NCBI GenBank assembly: GCA_002269645.1
Contig: NIVC01000099.1
Location: forward strand, 310,001 to 374,000
Origin: Macrostomum lignano
Taxonomy: Eukaryota
Direction: 5' to 3'
DNA: 64,000 nt
In this document: positions 48,625-61,861 of the stretch, in pieces
How positions within the stretch are numbered: the first letter of the stretch is position 1
Layout: each line of letters starts with the position of its first letter
Translations under genes and position numbers: made by a program
Notes under the pieces: generated by a model
Told to the model about the DNA's origin: nothing
The model's input: the letters and a program-made list of their open reading frames with translations, nothing else
The model's database searches: none

Positions 48625-49871
48625 TTTTGTCCGGTGCTGGTCATTTTTCAGTTATGAGATTTTAAAGCCGCTTTGCTGATTTACACAAACAGTTTATGGT
48701 AAATCCCTGCAGATTAAAAACGCTACGAGCTTTCAACGGCTGGTCAGTTCCTCCGTAGAACTAATATATTGTCCTTGAGTTACTTAGGCTTTTTGCAGTG
48801 TAGTGTGTTGTAGAACTTTCAGACAATGTTTACTATCCGTAGTGACATTTTTCAAACTTGGTGGCCAGTCAAAATAGCCTATACATGTACCTACATGTAC
48901 CTCTATTGGTTCTCCTCGTTCAATTCCTTCCCAGTCCTTTTCTACTACTGTCCACTTTAGAAACTTTAGCCTGAGAGCCGGGTGCGTTACTGCACAGCTA
49001 CCGATCCTCAATCACTGACTAAACAGAAACAGAATAATGTAGACTGCCAGCCAGCGGCTGCCTAGCTCTTTTCTCCTGCACCAGCTGGAAGCAGTACGAC
49101 TCAGCGCGGATAAAGCGTCTTACCTGCTGTCAATTTTATGCGCAGAATCAGAACACGGTCGTGGCTCAAGAGGTCAGGCGCGCCGCGTTTACCACGGACT
49201 GCGGTGGCCCTCGCCCTTAATTTAGGTGGCTGCACGAATTTATCTGCTCCACAATGTAGCTGGTGGTGATTGTGGCATTGGCAGGATGAGTTGCAAGCCG
49301 CGACCACAAAAGCCAGTTCAGATGGCGCAATCTTATAGTTACAGTTTGAATTGAGCCAGTCAAGTTTTGACCTACTAATTTGTTCACCCATCTAAAACAG
49401 TAGGGAATCTCGTTTTCGTATATTCAATTGTTCCTTTTTGAAGTTTTCTAGCCAGAACTGTAGCGATTCGGGAAAATTTTGGATAGTATGCAATAGTATG
49501 CAAGTTTGAAAAAATATGTAAAAATGTAAAATTTTGTGTCCTCGGGAGGTGTTGCGCACTGCGGCTCGTCGACGTTGATGATTGAGGTAGACAGAGGGTC
49601 TGTGACCGGCGGGAGTCCAGCCAGCTCGCTGACGGAGGGTCTATGGGCGCAAGTGACGGAATTAATTTCGAAAAATGTGTCATAAAATGTTTATTTTTTT
49701 AGACAGAAATTAAGTGTGGCTTCGCTGGGGCCTCGATTATTTCTTCTTTCTCACCCTATCAAAATTTCCACCAAGCCTCTCCTTTTCTTGTCCTTTGTTC
49801 TTCTGTCCGCTTGTACACTGGTTTTACCTTCCTAAGGTTATGTGATGCGGCTTCTGACTTTAGAAGTGGTC

Positions 49872-50620
49872 TTCTCTCCCTGTCCTCTCCCTGTCGTCCT
49901 GTCCTCGTCTCCCTGTCCTCTTCTCCCTGTCCTCTTCTCCCTGTCCTCTTCTCCCTGTCCTCTTCTCCCTGTCCTCTTCTCCCTGTCCTCTTCTCCCTGT
50001 CCTCTTCTCCCTGTCCTCTTCTCCCTGTCCTCTTCTCCCTGTCCTCTCCCTGTCGTCCTGTCCTCTTCTCCCTGTCCTCTTCTCCCTGTCCTCTTCTCCC
50101 TGTCCTCTTCTCCCTGTCCTCTTCTCCCTGTCCTCTTCTCCCTGTCCTCTTCTCCCTGTCCTCTTCTCCCTGTCCTCTTCTCCCTGTCCTCTTCTCCCTG
50201 TCCTCTTCTCCCTGTCCTCTTCTCCCTGTCCTCTTCTCCCTGTCCTCTTCTCCCTGTCCTCTTCTCCCTGTCCTCTTCTCCCTGTCCTCTTCTCCCTGTC
50301 CTCTTCTCCCTGTCCTCTTCTCCCTGTCCTCTTCTCCCTGTCCTCTTCTCCCTGTCCTCTTCTCCCTGTCCTCTTCTCCCTGTCCTCTTCTCCCTGTCCT
50401 CTTCTCCCTGTCCTCTTCTCCCTGTCCTCTTCTCCCTGTCCTCTTCTCCCTGTCCTCTTCTCCCTGTCCTCTTCTCCCTGTCCTTCCCTGCCTGTCCTCT
50501 TCTCACTGTCCTTCCCTGCCTGTCCTCTTCTCCCTGTCCTTCCCTCCCTGTCCTTCCCTCCCTGTCCTCTTCTCCCTATCCTTTACTCCCTGTCCTCTTC
50601 TCCCTGTCCTCTTCTCCTTG
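49872..50620. repeat. 14-bp pyrimidine-rich satellite TGTCCTCTTCTCCC
   Basis: About 50 nearly perfect units. Confidence 0.97.
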
Positions 50621-51769
50621 TTATTTGGTTGTTACTATTTTAGCCATATTTTTCCAGAGTGCGTTTAGATTAATTATTGTGTTAGGATTTCAAAATAGGT
50701 CAAAATAGTAAGGCGCAAATCCAGAACCAGTTTGGCCAAGCCGAGGGGTCGACACGGCTTGCAACTCATCGATGTACCCCGGCTTAACGCGGCCAGCCAA
50801 TCAGAATCGGCCTGAGAACGCGCCGCCGCTCCAGTGCAATCGGAATTACTGACCGGCCAGTCAGACACCCACCACCCGGCTTGAGTCTTTTTCGTGTTGC
50901 CCGTCTCACCATCATCTGAGCACCGAAGTGCCGCTGAGCGTGTTTTACCGTTGCAATCTCCTTTCTTTGCCCCCAGCCCGACCACATTCCGCCTGCCGAT
51001 TAGGCAGCTTTCGGCGTTCTGCGTCTTGAGAGTGCGCCGCTGGTCAAGCGTGGTCTAGATAGGCGACTGTTGTTGTGAAGCCAGTACGTGCTCTGTTCGG
51101 AGACTCCGCCATCTGGCAGAAGGAGTGCCAACCTATAGGAATTTGTCGGCGCAGCGCTGACAGCTAAGACAACAGGAGCCTCGTCCATAGAGTAGCGCCC
51201 GGAATTAGGCCAAAATTAAAAAAAAAAGCAACGTTCCTTTTAGCCGTTTCTCTCCGGTTTTAATAATCTCTATCTGCCGCGTCAGTCTTTACTTATCGTG
51301 AGATCTACCAGTAAAACCAGAAGATCTTGGCAAGCCCTACAGTGTACTGTGTCTCCCCGTTCGTGGGAATGAACGATGAGTCACCGCGTTTTATCGCTAA
51401 TTTTTGCATTTTGGCCAGTCAGTCAATCAAGTCATCAGAAGAGAAGGGCTCTTTGTGGTCTTACTTAAGTTTAGAGCTTGTTTGTAACCTGACCAAATCC
51501 TCTCAGAACAGCTTCTGCATCAAATGGTCTCAGCATAGCTTGGCCATAGAGAAATTTCCGATCCTTTTTCCATGGAGTCTTCTGCATACAGGATGTGGAA
51601 AATTGATTGCCTCAGTTGGAAAACTGATTGCGACTTTAAGCCACTTTTGTTTGGGCCATAGACTACTTTGACTAAGCGAAGCCACCGAGTCTCTGTATAC
51701 TTTTGAAAGCTCAGAGGGAAAATTGACTGTCCTATTTGCCGTATCGCAATTGCATTCATCACACTCTCC

Positions 51770-52600
51770 TTCCATCCCTGTCCTTCCCTCCCTGTCCTTC
51801 CCTCCCTGTCCTTCCCTCCCTGTCATTCCCTCCCTGTCCTTCCCTCCCTGTCCTTCCCTCCCTGTCCTTCCCTCCCTGTCCTTCCCTCCCTGTCCTTCCC
51901 TCCCTGTCCTTCCCTCCCTGTCCTTCCCTCCCTGTCCTTCCCTCCCTGTCCTTCCCTCCCTGTCCTTCCCTCCCTGTCCTTCCCTCCCTCTGTCCTTCCT
52001 TCCCTGTCCTTCCCTCCCTGTCCTTCCCTCCCTGTCCTTCCTTCCCTGTCCTTCCCTCCCTGTCCTTCCTTGTGTCCTTCCCTTCCTGTCCTTCCCTCCC
52101 TGTCCTTCCCTCCCTGTCCTTCCCTCCCTGTCCTTCCCTCCCTGTCCTTCCCTCCCTGTCCTTCCCTCCCTGTCCTTCCCTCCCTGTCCTTCCCTCCCTG
52201 TCCTTCCCTCCCTGTCCTTCCCTCCCTGTCCTTCCTTCCCTGTACTTCCCTCCCTGTACTTCCCTCCCTGTCCTTCCCTCCCTGTCCTTCCCTCCCTGTC
52301 CTTCCCTCCCTGTCCTTCCCTCCCTCTGTCCTTCCCTCCCTGTCCTTCCCTCCCTCTGTCCTTCCCTCCCTGTCCTTCCCTCCCTCTGTCCTTCCCTCCC
52401 TGTCCCTCCCTCTGTCCTTCCTTCCCTGTCCTTCCCTCCCTGTCCTTCCCTCCCTGTCCTTCCCTCCCTGTCCTTCCCTCCCTCTGTCCTTCCCTGTGTC
52501 CTTCCCTTCCTGTCCTTCCCTCCCTGTCCTTCCCTCCCTGTCCTTCCCTCCCTGTCCTTCCCTCTCTGTCCTTCCTTCCCTGTCCTTCCCTCTCTGTCCT
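51770..52600. repeat. 14-bp pyrimidine-rich satellite TGTCCTTCCCTCCC
   Basis: About 58 units. Confidence 0.97.
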
Positions 52601-52951
52601 CTTCAATAAAAGAAAGGAAGCAGTACGAACAACAGGACTTTTTATAAGTAGTTGTTATTCGCTCATTAAGCTAGAGTAAAAGTCATCCTTGCGCAGTGTA
52701 AAACTAAAATGAAACATGCTTTGCGGAAATATTTGCTTCAAGTAAGCAGGAATGTATTATTGGCTAATTAAGACATTTGAGGTGCTTTAAAAGTGTGGCA
52801 ACTAAAAGTTCATTCTTTAGTGGAGGTGAAGTTAGCAAGTATAATTTGCATAGAGAATATTCGATGAAAGTTAAGCAAAGATATTACGGCAAAGTGATTG
52901 GCAATTTTGAAGAGAAAAGCGTAAAAACTAAACCTCCCGACAAACATTCCG

Positions 52952-55900
52952 TCAAATATCTGTGGAGCCGCCGCCTCCCCCAGGAATCGAGTGCAGGGAG
53001 CCACCCGCGTTGAAGCCGGGGTTCGAGTGGCTCTCTCTGTTCGCACTGGCGACTCGCCCTCCATCACGTCTCTACAATATACAACATACGGGAAAGTCTT
53101 AGCAGCTGTCCCGGTTTATCGATGAAGAAGCAGTTTTTATGGGAGGCTGAAGGCTTCGTGAGAGTAAAAATTTTAATTTACTTACCTGCGCTGCTGAATC
53201 CAAGTTTTGGAACTCCTGCTCGCTGGGGAAAACATCCGTGTACTTTATCAGCTTCACCGGATCGAGGTAGAAGTGTCGCAGAGCGCCAAGTTTCTCCAGG
53301 TAGGACGCCATCAACAGCCGGTGACTGCATATTAAAGAAGGCGTAAATTTTGTTTGAATTGGGAAAATCAGAGACTACGAGCAAGGACCGCTAGAAGCAA
53401 CAAAGTAAAAGAAGTTTCTCAAGACTGAAGGTTGAAGGAGCTTTTATAATGCGCAGAAATTTGAATTAATGCACAATAACAATTCTGAAAATTCTTGTAC
53501 TCGTATCGTAATACAGGCTCAAATGTTCGAGTGCAGGTTCGTACCAACCTCATTCAGACTTCATGCGCATTGCGCTCTTCTTCATGAACTCTTAATGAAA
53601 TATGTAAATTTTGTGCGCAGTGAAATTTTGCAGCTGACATGCCAATGACCAAGGCGGAATGCTGACCTGCCAATGACCAAGGCGGAATGCTGACCTGCCA
53701 TTATCTAAGGCGTAATGCTGACCTGCCAATAACCAAGGCGGAATGCTGACCTGCCAATGACCAAGGCGGAATGCTGACATGCCAATGACCAAGGTGGAAT
53801 GCTGACATGCCAATGACCAAGGTGGAATGCTGACCTGCCAATGACCAAGTTGGAATGCTGACCTGCCAATGACCAAGGCGGAATGCTGACATGCCAATGA
53901 CCAAGGCGGAATGCTGACCTGCCAATGACCAAGGCGGAATGCTGACCTGCCATTATCTAAGGCGGAATGCTGACCTGCCAATGACCAAGGCGGAATGCTG
54001 ACCTGCCAATGATCAAGGTGGAATGAGACTTTTTGATTTAGTATTTTAAAAGCATTTATTTATTTCCCGTCGCCTCCCCAACGACGGGCGAAGATTGCTA
54101 GTTTCGTCTAATTTTATAAACCGTTATACCCACCTGGGCAGTGCCGGTCCCCACTTGTAGGACGGAATCGACAGGCCGAGCAGCCGCTGCTTCCACGGAG
54201 TACCCGAGGGCTCCATGAACAGCTTTAGCAGCCCGGTGCCGAAAATGATGAGCACGGTGGCGATGGCGATCAGCCAGCCGAGCGCGTCCGCCCAGCCGGG
54301 ATAAAAATCCCCGGCCCCCGCCGTGTACTCGCTCCGCCCGTAATCAACCCAGTTGAAGATGATGATTGCCATGATTAGTGCCGGCGAGATGTATTGCCAC
54401 AGGTATCGCCAGATGGGCCTGAATGTGATCAATAAGGCTTAATTAGCGCCAAGATGCACTACACCTGAACCTTGAGTCGTACATTCAAAGTAGCAAGCCA
54501 GAACCGCAAGCTTACGAAATTGGCCTTTGCATAATGAGCCCGATGTCCTCACTGAACCGGTGGAACTTCCCGAATCCGGGCCGGCCGTAGACCCAGCCGA
54601 CTGTGACGCACTCGAAGAAGCCAATCAGCAGGATTGTCCAGCTGCCCGCGTAGCTGTCAACAATGTTCATCAAGTAGAGGCCGCCCGAGCAGGTGAACGG
54701 CAGGCCCAGGAGGAACATCACCACGGAGACCACAGCAATTACTGGCGGCTTGTGCCGTCGGAGGCCGCGAAACTGGTCGCAGAGCGAAGTGATCAACGTC
54801 TCCACCATGGCGAACTGTGGTTGGGGCGTAGATGAATCGAATTTAAATTAAGAATACTTTTATTACTAATAAAATGCTATCGAAGTGTAGCGCGATGGTG
54901 AACGCTTCCAATCTCCATTTACCGACTGTGATAATTAATAATAACCTACTAGCCTCGGTCACTGCAATTAACTGCTAATGAGCTGCTAATCAATGAGCTA
55001 CAATGTTAGTAACACAACGAACCTGACTGTCCACTCCGAGATTGAGAATCATGAAGAAGAACAGAATGGCCCAGAAGGTGCTGCCAGGAAGCAACTTCAT
55101 GGCTTCGGGGTAGATGATGAACGCCAGTCCGAATCCTACAATATAAAGTTATTCAGTTATTTAGAAACCGAACTGAGAGGCCTCGATATTTTTCTTGAAT
55201 GCAGACCTCAAAACTCACCTGACTGCGAAACGTCCTTGACGGGCACCTTCAGATTGCCAGCCAGGTGACCGATGAAGCTGAATATGACGAAGCCAGCGAA
55301 CACGCTCGTCAGGCAGTTGGCCGACGTTACAAAGAACGTGTCCCGGATGACGTTGTTATGAAATCGATTGTAGCTGGAGAGCGACATCAGGCCGCCCCAG
55401 CTGCAGGACAGCGAGAAGAAGATCTGGCCAGCCGCGTCCTTCCAGACTCGAGCTTTGCCGAGCGCGCTGAAGTCCGGGAGGATGTAGAACCGGATGCCCT
55501 CGATGGCGTTTTCCAGGGTGACCCCGCGGAAGAACAAGATCAGCAGGACCACGTAGGGAAACAGGGCGGTGAAGTACACCACCTTGCCGGATGACTTGAT
55601 GCCTTTGACCATGCAACAGTAGATGACAATCCACGAAAGCAGCAGGCACATCACCAGCTTCCAGTCCGGCGAGCCAAACTTGTTGATGTCGCTGCTAGTC
55701 TTCAAAACCTCGTGACTGTTGTGCATTGAAGGAGGATGTATAGAGTTGCGTTAATGACGATCGCAGGAGCGCGTGGTTCCGCATTGATTTCAACAATTAG
55801 TTCACAGGACGTAGATAAGAGTTCAGTTATTATCAAGATATGGTTTATAAAGAATGCCAAGTCAGATTGAAGACTTAAAAATGCAATCAGAATAATCCAA

Positions 55901-58236
55901 TAAAGACTTTAAATGCACTTATTGAAGGAATAAGTGTTAAGGAGCTTATAGGAGATCATTTAAAAGCAGAAGTTCATTGAAGACACTATTTTATTTCGTT
56001 GGAAGAGAAGCAGTTGTCCAACTTACTTGAAGTATTCATCGGCAGGCAGAATCCTATGCAGTTTGGTCACCTGGGTGAATAAGCTTTCGTTGTACAGACC
56101 CAACAGTTTGGTCCCATTGTAGCAGGTGCCGTTGAGCTGCTGATCACTGAGGTTGCATGTCACCAAAGGCAGCCGAGAGCTGCAAACTGGAAGGTCGGTC
56201 AGGCACCAATGAAATGAATTTTGCAATGGTCATGATCTGAAGACAAAGAGGGCTTACGGGGCGTATTCCAGGCATTGTCGCAGCTGCTCCATGGCAGGTC
56301 ACTGTTCATTGAGGCAAACAGATAGTAGATTGATATAGCAATAATCATGTTGTAGTAGATGCCAACGATTGTGGACAGGTAGGTCATAGCGTAACCGACT
56401 CCTGAAAACACATTCAAGGATTTAGCATTGTAAATTTCTTTAAGTTCAAAGTAAACAACTCGCAGAGCTCAGATTCAGGAATTAGCTCGTAGAATTATTG
56501 CAAAATTTGAGAAAAGACGGAGACAGATTTCAGGACTGGTGAGTAGAAAAGAGGCGGATTTGAGCACTGAGAGAGGGGCGGATTCTAGTACTGAGGGAGG
56601 GGCGGATTCAAGTACTGAGGGAGGGGCGGATTCAAGTACTGAGGGAGGGGCGGATTCAAGTACTGAGGGAGGGGCGGATTCAAGTACTGAGGGAGGGGCG
56701 GATTCAAGTACTGAGGGAGGGGCGGATTCTAGTACTGAGGGAGTGGTAGATTCAAGTACTGAGGGAGGGGCGGATTCTAGTACTGAGGGAGTGGTGGATT
56801 CAAGTACTGAGGGAGGGGCGGATTCTAGTACTGAGGGAGTGGTGGATTCAAGCACTGAGGGAGGGGCGGATTCTAGTACTGAGGGAGGGGTGGAGTCTAG
56901 TACTGAGGGAGGGGCAGATTAAAGTCCTGAGGGAGGGGTGGATTTATGTAGTGGGGGAGGCGGCAGATTCAAGTACTGAGGGGGCGGATTCATGTACTGA
57001 GAGAAGGGCGAATTCAAGTACCGAGGTAATGTCAAATTTATAACTAGAGGTCTAAGAAGTACTGAATCACACAAACCGGTAAAGATGGGCGCGAACTCCC
57101 AGCAGGTGGCCGGGCCCTCGCTGGTGAACTGTCCCAGGCTGAGGTCCAGCAGGAACACTGGAACACCGCAAAGCAGCAAAAAGATGATATAGGGAACAAA
57201 AAACGCGCCACCGCCGTTGATGAAGCAGAGGTAGGGAAAGCGCCAGACGTTGCCAAGGCCGACCGCGTAGCCCAGGCAGCTGAGCAGGAAGTCCAGCCGA
57301 CCAGACCAGTTGCCTCTCTCTGGGTTCTCATCCACGCTGTAGTTGACCGGAGCTTCGCCGGCGCTAGCAGCCGCAGTAAAGTTGCCGAGGCCCTGCAGCG
57401 GCTCCTTCGGGGCCAGCTGCGCTCGAAGCTCTCGAATCTGGCGATCTCTCATCTGCGTGGGCGTCTCTCGGTGAACGCTGCTGGTGCTGCCGTCCACGGA
57501 ATCCTTGGAGGCAGCCGTGGCAAACACTTGCCTGCCACCGCTGCTGGTTGCACTGTAGCGCCGGCTGGAGCGCCGCCGCTGCTGCTGGCCATGCGGGCGC
57601 TGATGTTGTTGCTGTTGTTGCTAAAGTTGAGAAAGGTGGGAATCGAATTATTTTTTCTGCTGTGGACACCTGGCACTGAATAACTGACCTTGACCCCAGA
57701 CTGCAAGGCTCAGGACATGAGACATGGGAAAGCTGAAGAACACGTGAAGAACACAAGACATAAGGCGCAATGGACAGGACATTGGATACAGGGAACGGGG
57801 CATAGGACTCTGAGCTCAAGACAAAAGACACGAGACACAGGGGATAGGACATGAGACACAGGGGGCACTGGACACAGGACTAGACGCATTATGAGACACG
57901 TGAAATTGGACTTGGCTAGGAGTCATGGACGGAGTTATAGGACCCCCATAGAGCATAGGACACGAGACGCACGCATGCAAACAGGAAACACAAGAAATAA
58001 ATGCAGTGCAGATTATAAAAATACTCAAACTACAGTCATGGCCTGCTCGAATATGTAAAAAAGATGTGTACGCCGTTTAAGGAGAATCTCAACGGTTACC
58101 AAAAATCGACTCTCCTAAAAGTCACCTCAAAGTCGACAGCACCGCCTCCGTTCTCGAAATTTCTGTACCGAGCGGCCCTGGCCAGAGGGGCCAGCAGCTG
58201 CCTCAGTTTGCTGCTCTTGGGCTGTTGCTCCGTCAT
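52952..58236 (-). CDS. SLC6 transporter, glycine-transporter-like, copy B, 803 aa; exons 58236-58126, 57620-57077, 56401-56258, 56186-56027, 55715-55219, 55135-55023, 54814-54516, 54418-54134, 53324-53186, 53071-52952
   Basis: All introns GT-AG; 2412 nt in frame; [26 protein letters not shown] (GlyT2-like Ser and Trp), LGVDSQF; ends STDI* (class I PDZ-like motif). First exon inferred from MTEQQPKSS resembling MPEQKSS of copy A. Confidence 0.92.
53632..54025. repeat. 28-bp minisatellite GCCAATGACCAAGGCGGAATGCTGACCT in an SLC6-B intron
   Basis: About 14 units. Confidence 0.95.
56556..57010. repeat. 24-bp minisatellite GAGGGAGGGGCGGATTCAAGTACT in an SLC6-B intron
   Basis: About 18 units. Confidence 0.95.
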
Positions 58237-59559
58237 GCCGATGAGTTCCTATCGCCCCTTAGCAACTTAGTTTCGAAATCAGCTCACTGAATAAACATGC
58301 TTTGCCTGCTTCAAGGAGAAACTAACTGGCGGATTCCTGAGGAATTCAGTCTCCTGATCTGAAATTTCAAACCCATCCCATAGCAGCTAGACTACTGTAC
58401 TTTATTGATTCCCCAGCCAGGTGAAGGAAGGGTTGAGCAGGGAGCTAAAGAAGAGAGCTGAAAACTCCTGCGCCTCTCCGCCAACAGCAGGACCGTACAC
58501 TGTACAGGACGCCAAGCAGGACAAACCCACCACCTATGCCGCATTTCCTTTACTTTTCTGTCCAACAGTGTACAGAGCCGCTAGATTCTCTGACCTGCAC
58601 AGTGGATGAATGCCTGGGAAGCGGCTGACTCACTCGCCGCTGCGCGAAATCTATTGTACTTGAGCTACTGGTTGGCTAGTTGCTATAATGGGCGGTGTGC
58701 CTTTGAAATACACAAGAGAAAGCACAATAGTGAATGCTCTTTATTTCATAGGCTAGATTAATCTGCAAAAGCACCGTTAACAGCAGTTCTTGGACTTCAA
58801 GCTTGCAAAGCATGCCTAGAGATGTTCATGGACTAAAAGCATTCCAGCCATATCGTGGCAGTTTTACACATTTCAAGGGCCTGTCTAGTTAATTAAAGGC
58901 AGGTAAAACCACAGCGTGAAAATGAGCTGTTCCCTTCTTCTTTAATCCTAAAGCTAATGGCGTAAAGCCTTATTCTTCAGCTAAATTTAGTAAATTCGAT
59001 GAACACAGCACTCACCAAGTCTGAGAATCCATCTTGCTGCCTGGAAAATCTCGCCAAGAGGCTGCGCAGTTTCTGCATTCGTTTGTCGCAAAACTCGCAT
59101 GCAAACTGTATTACTCAGAGCGGTTTTGAGTTGCACTGCGCTGCGCCCAGCGAGCCACCCCTGCTGATGCTTATGTATACACCGTGAGAATATGAATTCA
59201 AATAAGCTGGCTCAGAAACTTTTTGTGCATTGTACAGGGCCTCGCGCACGCTTACAAGACCGGCTTGAGTTAATTGGGCCACTGCACTGCGCAACAAGTA
59301 CTCGTGACTGAAAATCGTTTAAACCTCTGACTTCATCTCTCTGTTTTGTGCGAGTATATGCAAATTGATTGAAGCCAATTAGTCAGATTTGTAAAAAGTT
59401 GATTCTCATTCCACTTGAGACTACTTATTTTCTGTTTTGAAAAGTAGTACAGCAGGGTTAGAGACAAGCAACAATTATTTCATAACTAAGGCTTCATAAG
59501 AATGGTTCACGAGTCAACCAACTGCCGAGGCTGTCTCGTGCGAACGGCTTAGCGATCTG

Positions 59560-60089
59560 GGGGGTCTTTCTCGAAAGCAACTTACGATCGACTATAGACG
59601 TAAGTTGGGTAAGCTACACTTACGGGTTGCTCGAAGGGCTCGCAAGTTAGCTATGCGTAAGATTGATCGCAACTTTACGAGTTCGTAACTTTGCGCAAAA
59701 GACTGTTTTTCGAAACGTTCGTATGTCTATGGTCTTTCGTAGGGTTGATCTTAACCCTACGACTGCTCGGTATCAGTCGTAAGACGCACTTAAGCACTAA
59801 TCGCATAGTACGTGAGTGAAGCTTTAGTCAAGCCAAGTCAAGTTAAAATTTATCGAAGGTGGGTCTTTCTCTAAAGCAACTTACGATAGACTAAGTAAAG
59901 ATATTTGCAGATTTATGACCATAGACATGCAACTTTTCGTTTCAGATACGACTTACGAACAGCGTAAGCCACGCAAAGTCTAAGTGAGTTTTGAAAAAGC
60001 GTCTTACGAGCAAACTTACGCTACACGTAAATTTCTTTCTTACGATGTAACTTACCATAAAACTTACGTGAGTTTCGAGAAACACCCCC
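59560..60089. mobile_element. 530-bp PIF/Harbinger-like MITE with 3-bp TSD CTG
   Basis: Left GGGGGTCTTTCTCGAAA, right TTTCGAGAAACACCCCC; CTG at 59557-59559 and 60090-60092. Confidence 0.75.
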
Positions 60090-60406
60090 CTGGGGTTGGT
60101 GCAGTCAGCTAGATGGGCTGCGTCAATTTGCATTGCACCAATCCCATATGCGCTCATAGACGACCGCCACATCCTTGAATGTATCCCCCACTTGCCCCGG
60201 GCGAACGTCTATGGTCTCAGTGTAAATTTCATTTACTTGCATCGGTGCAGATAAACGGTTTATTTCACTCGCCCAAAAACAATATTAAAACGCTGCTTCT
60301 AACTGCTCACTTGGCTACATAGAGAGAATTGTCTGAAACAGCTAATTCATCAAGCCACCAAGCCACCTTGATTGCATTTGCATTGCATAAGCCAGCACCC
60401 TTACCT

Positions 60407-60720
60407 TCAGCGGTCGACAGCTTCATAGAGCCGGCGATGTACAAAACGCATTTGATATTGTATGGACGAAAAACAGTCCTTCAGAGTGCTAGCAGAGTAG
60501 CGTTCATTGCGCTTTGTACGCACCTCCAGAATGAAACTTTTAAGGAGGTAATTTAGATCACTCTTCGACAGTTCGCTGATCTCCTTCAAAACCATTAGCG
60601 AGGATCCACCTCCAGTGCACCAGGCTGCTTTCTTCGCTTCGTGACATTCTTTAAACGGTGGAACCGTGCCTACGATTAGTCTTCTAGTTCGTCTTCAGTC
60701 AGATTCACATCACTAGCCAT
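60407..60720 (-). pseudogene. Crypton-like (tyrosine-recombinase transposon; ZMYM/KCTD1-related) fragment
   Basis: LNYLLKSFILEVRTKRNERYSASTLKDCFSSIQ resembles the CryptonA LxxFxxEVRxxxGxxYxxxSL motif; flanked by stops and frameshifts. Confidence 0.6.
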
Positions 60721-61726
60721 CGCAGTTGATTTTTTTTCAAAACTAAGCAAAACCTTTTTCTCTGCATGTATATGTAAAGAAACTCTTTCCTTCTTGTCCT
60801 TCTCTGAGTAACAGCACATTTTGGGCCGTATGCAGAAAGCTCTGTCTAGGGTAGTCCGGTCTTGAAAAGCTAGTCTAGACTTGGATTTGGTATGCAGAAA
60901 CACAAAGTTAGACCAGTCTACTATAGCAGAACTAGGCTAGCTAGACCATAGACTATAGACTGAACTACCCAAGTCCGGACTAGCTAGTCTGGCTGGACTA
61001 GGCTTTCTGCATACGGCCCTTTGTGGTCATAGACAAAAACAGCATTCACCGCATGCAAGGAATTCTAAATCCTTAAAGGATATAGAATTCCTTGACCGCA
61101 TGTCTGAATCTGCAGAATATGGTATAGAAATTCTGCTACAGACCATAGACATCAAATCATTTTTTAAAAATTGTCTTAACGTTCTTAAATTTGGGGGCTC
61201 TGCCCCCACACCCCCGCAAGGGGGCTAAGCGCCCCTTGACCCCGCTTTCCCTGTTACGCTGCTTCTACTTTTTTTGTGTTTCTCTTCGGATGTCGGCTCT
61301 CATTGAATTCCCCGTCCTTCCAGAGGCTCCATGTCTTTCCGCATTGGTTGAACAAGTAGTATAGCAGCATGCTGAAGTTAATCCTTGAACGTAGAAGCGC
61401 CATAGCGATCACCACGTTAGTTTCGGATCTCTAAGATAAAACACTTAAGAACGTAGTTAAGATCGCGCTTGACCAAACCCGGATAGTCGGTTGCGGGTGT
61501 CAATGGCAAATCACTTAAGACAGCTTCGACTTCAACAAGACTAACTGATTAAAAGCAAATAGCTCGAAAATGTCACATAAAAGGTTTAGTAGAGATGGAG
61601 ACAACTACTCACTCTTAAATACCCAACACAGTCGTTTTTGTAAACGGCATCAAATCAACATTTTTCTATGGTTAAAATGTACAAAGTTACATTTAATATG
61701 GCCAAGCGGGGAATACGAGTAAAGAT

Positions 61727-61861
61727 GTTATTTCCGTTTATTTTAGTCTATGGTCTGAAGCAAAAGCTTCGGACTCGCATCCAGGCCTTGGGCTCGCCTC
61801 GGCCATGAAACAAGACCTCTGCTTTTGCTTCAGACCAAAGAAATAAATAAACGGAAATAAC
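61727..61861. repeat. About 135-bp fold-back element with roughly 41-bp imperfect inverted arms
   Basis: Perfect TGGTCTGAAGCAAAAGC/GCTTTTGCTTCAGACCA plus GTTATTTCCGTTTATTT/AAATAAACGGAAATAAC. Confidence 0.8.

Noticed and set aside
49811-52679. GQGEEDREKR and GREGQGGKDR repeat proteins
   Set aside because: 14-bp satellites translated through rotating frames.
58990-59300. Possible hAT transposase fragment on the minus strand
   Set aside because: Resemblance to the hAT CxxH region is too weak to support.
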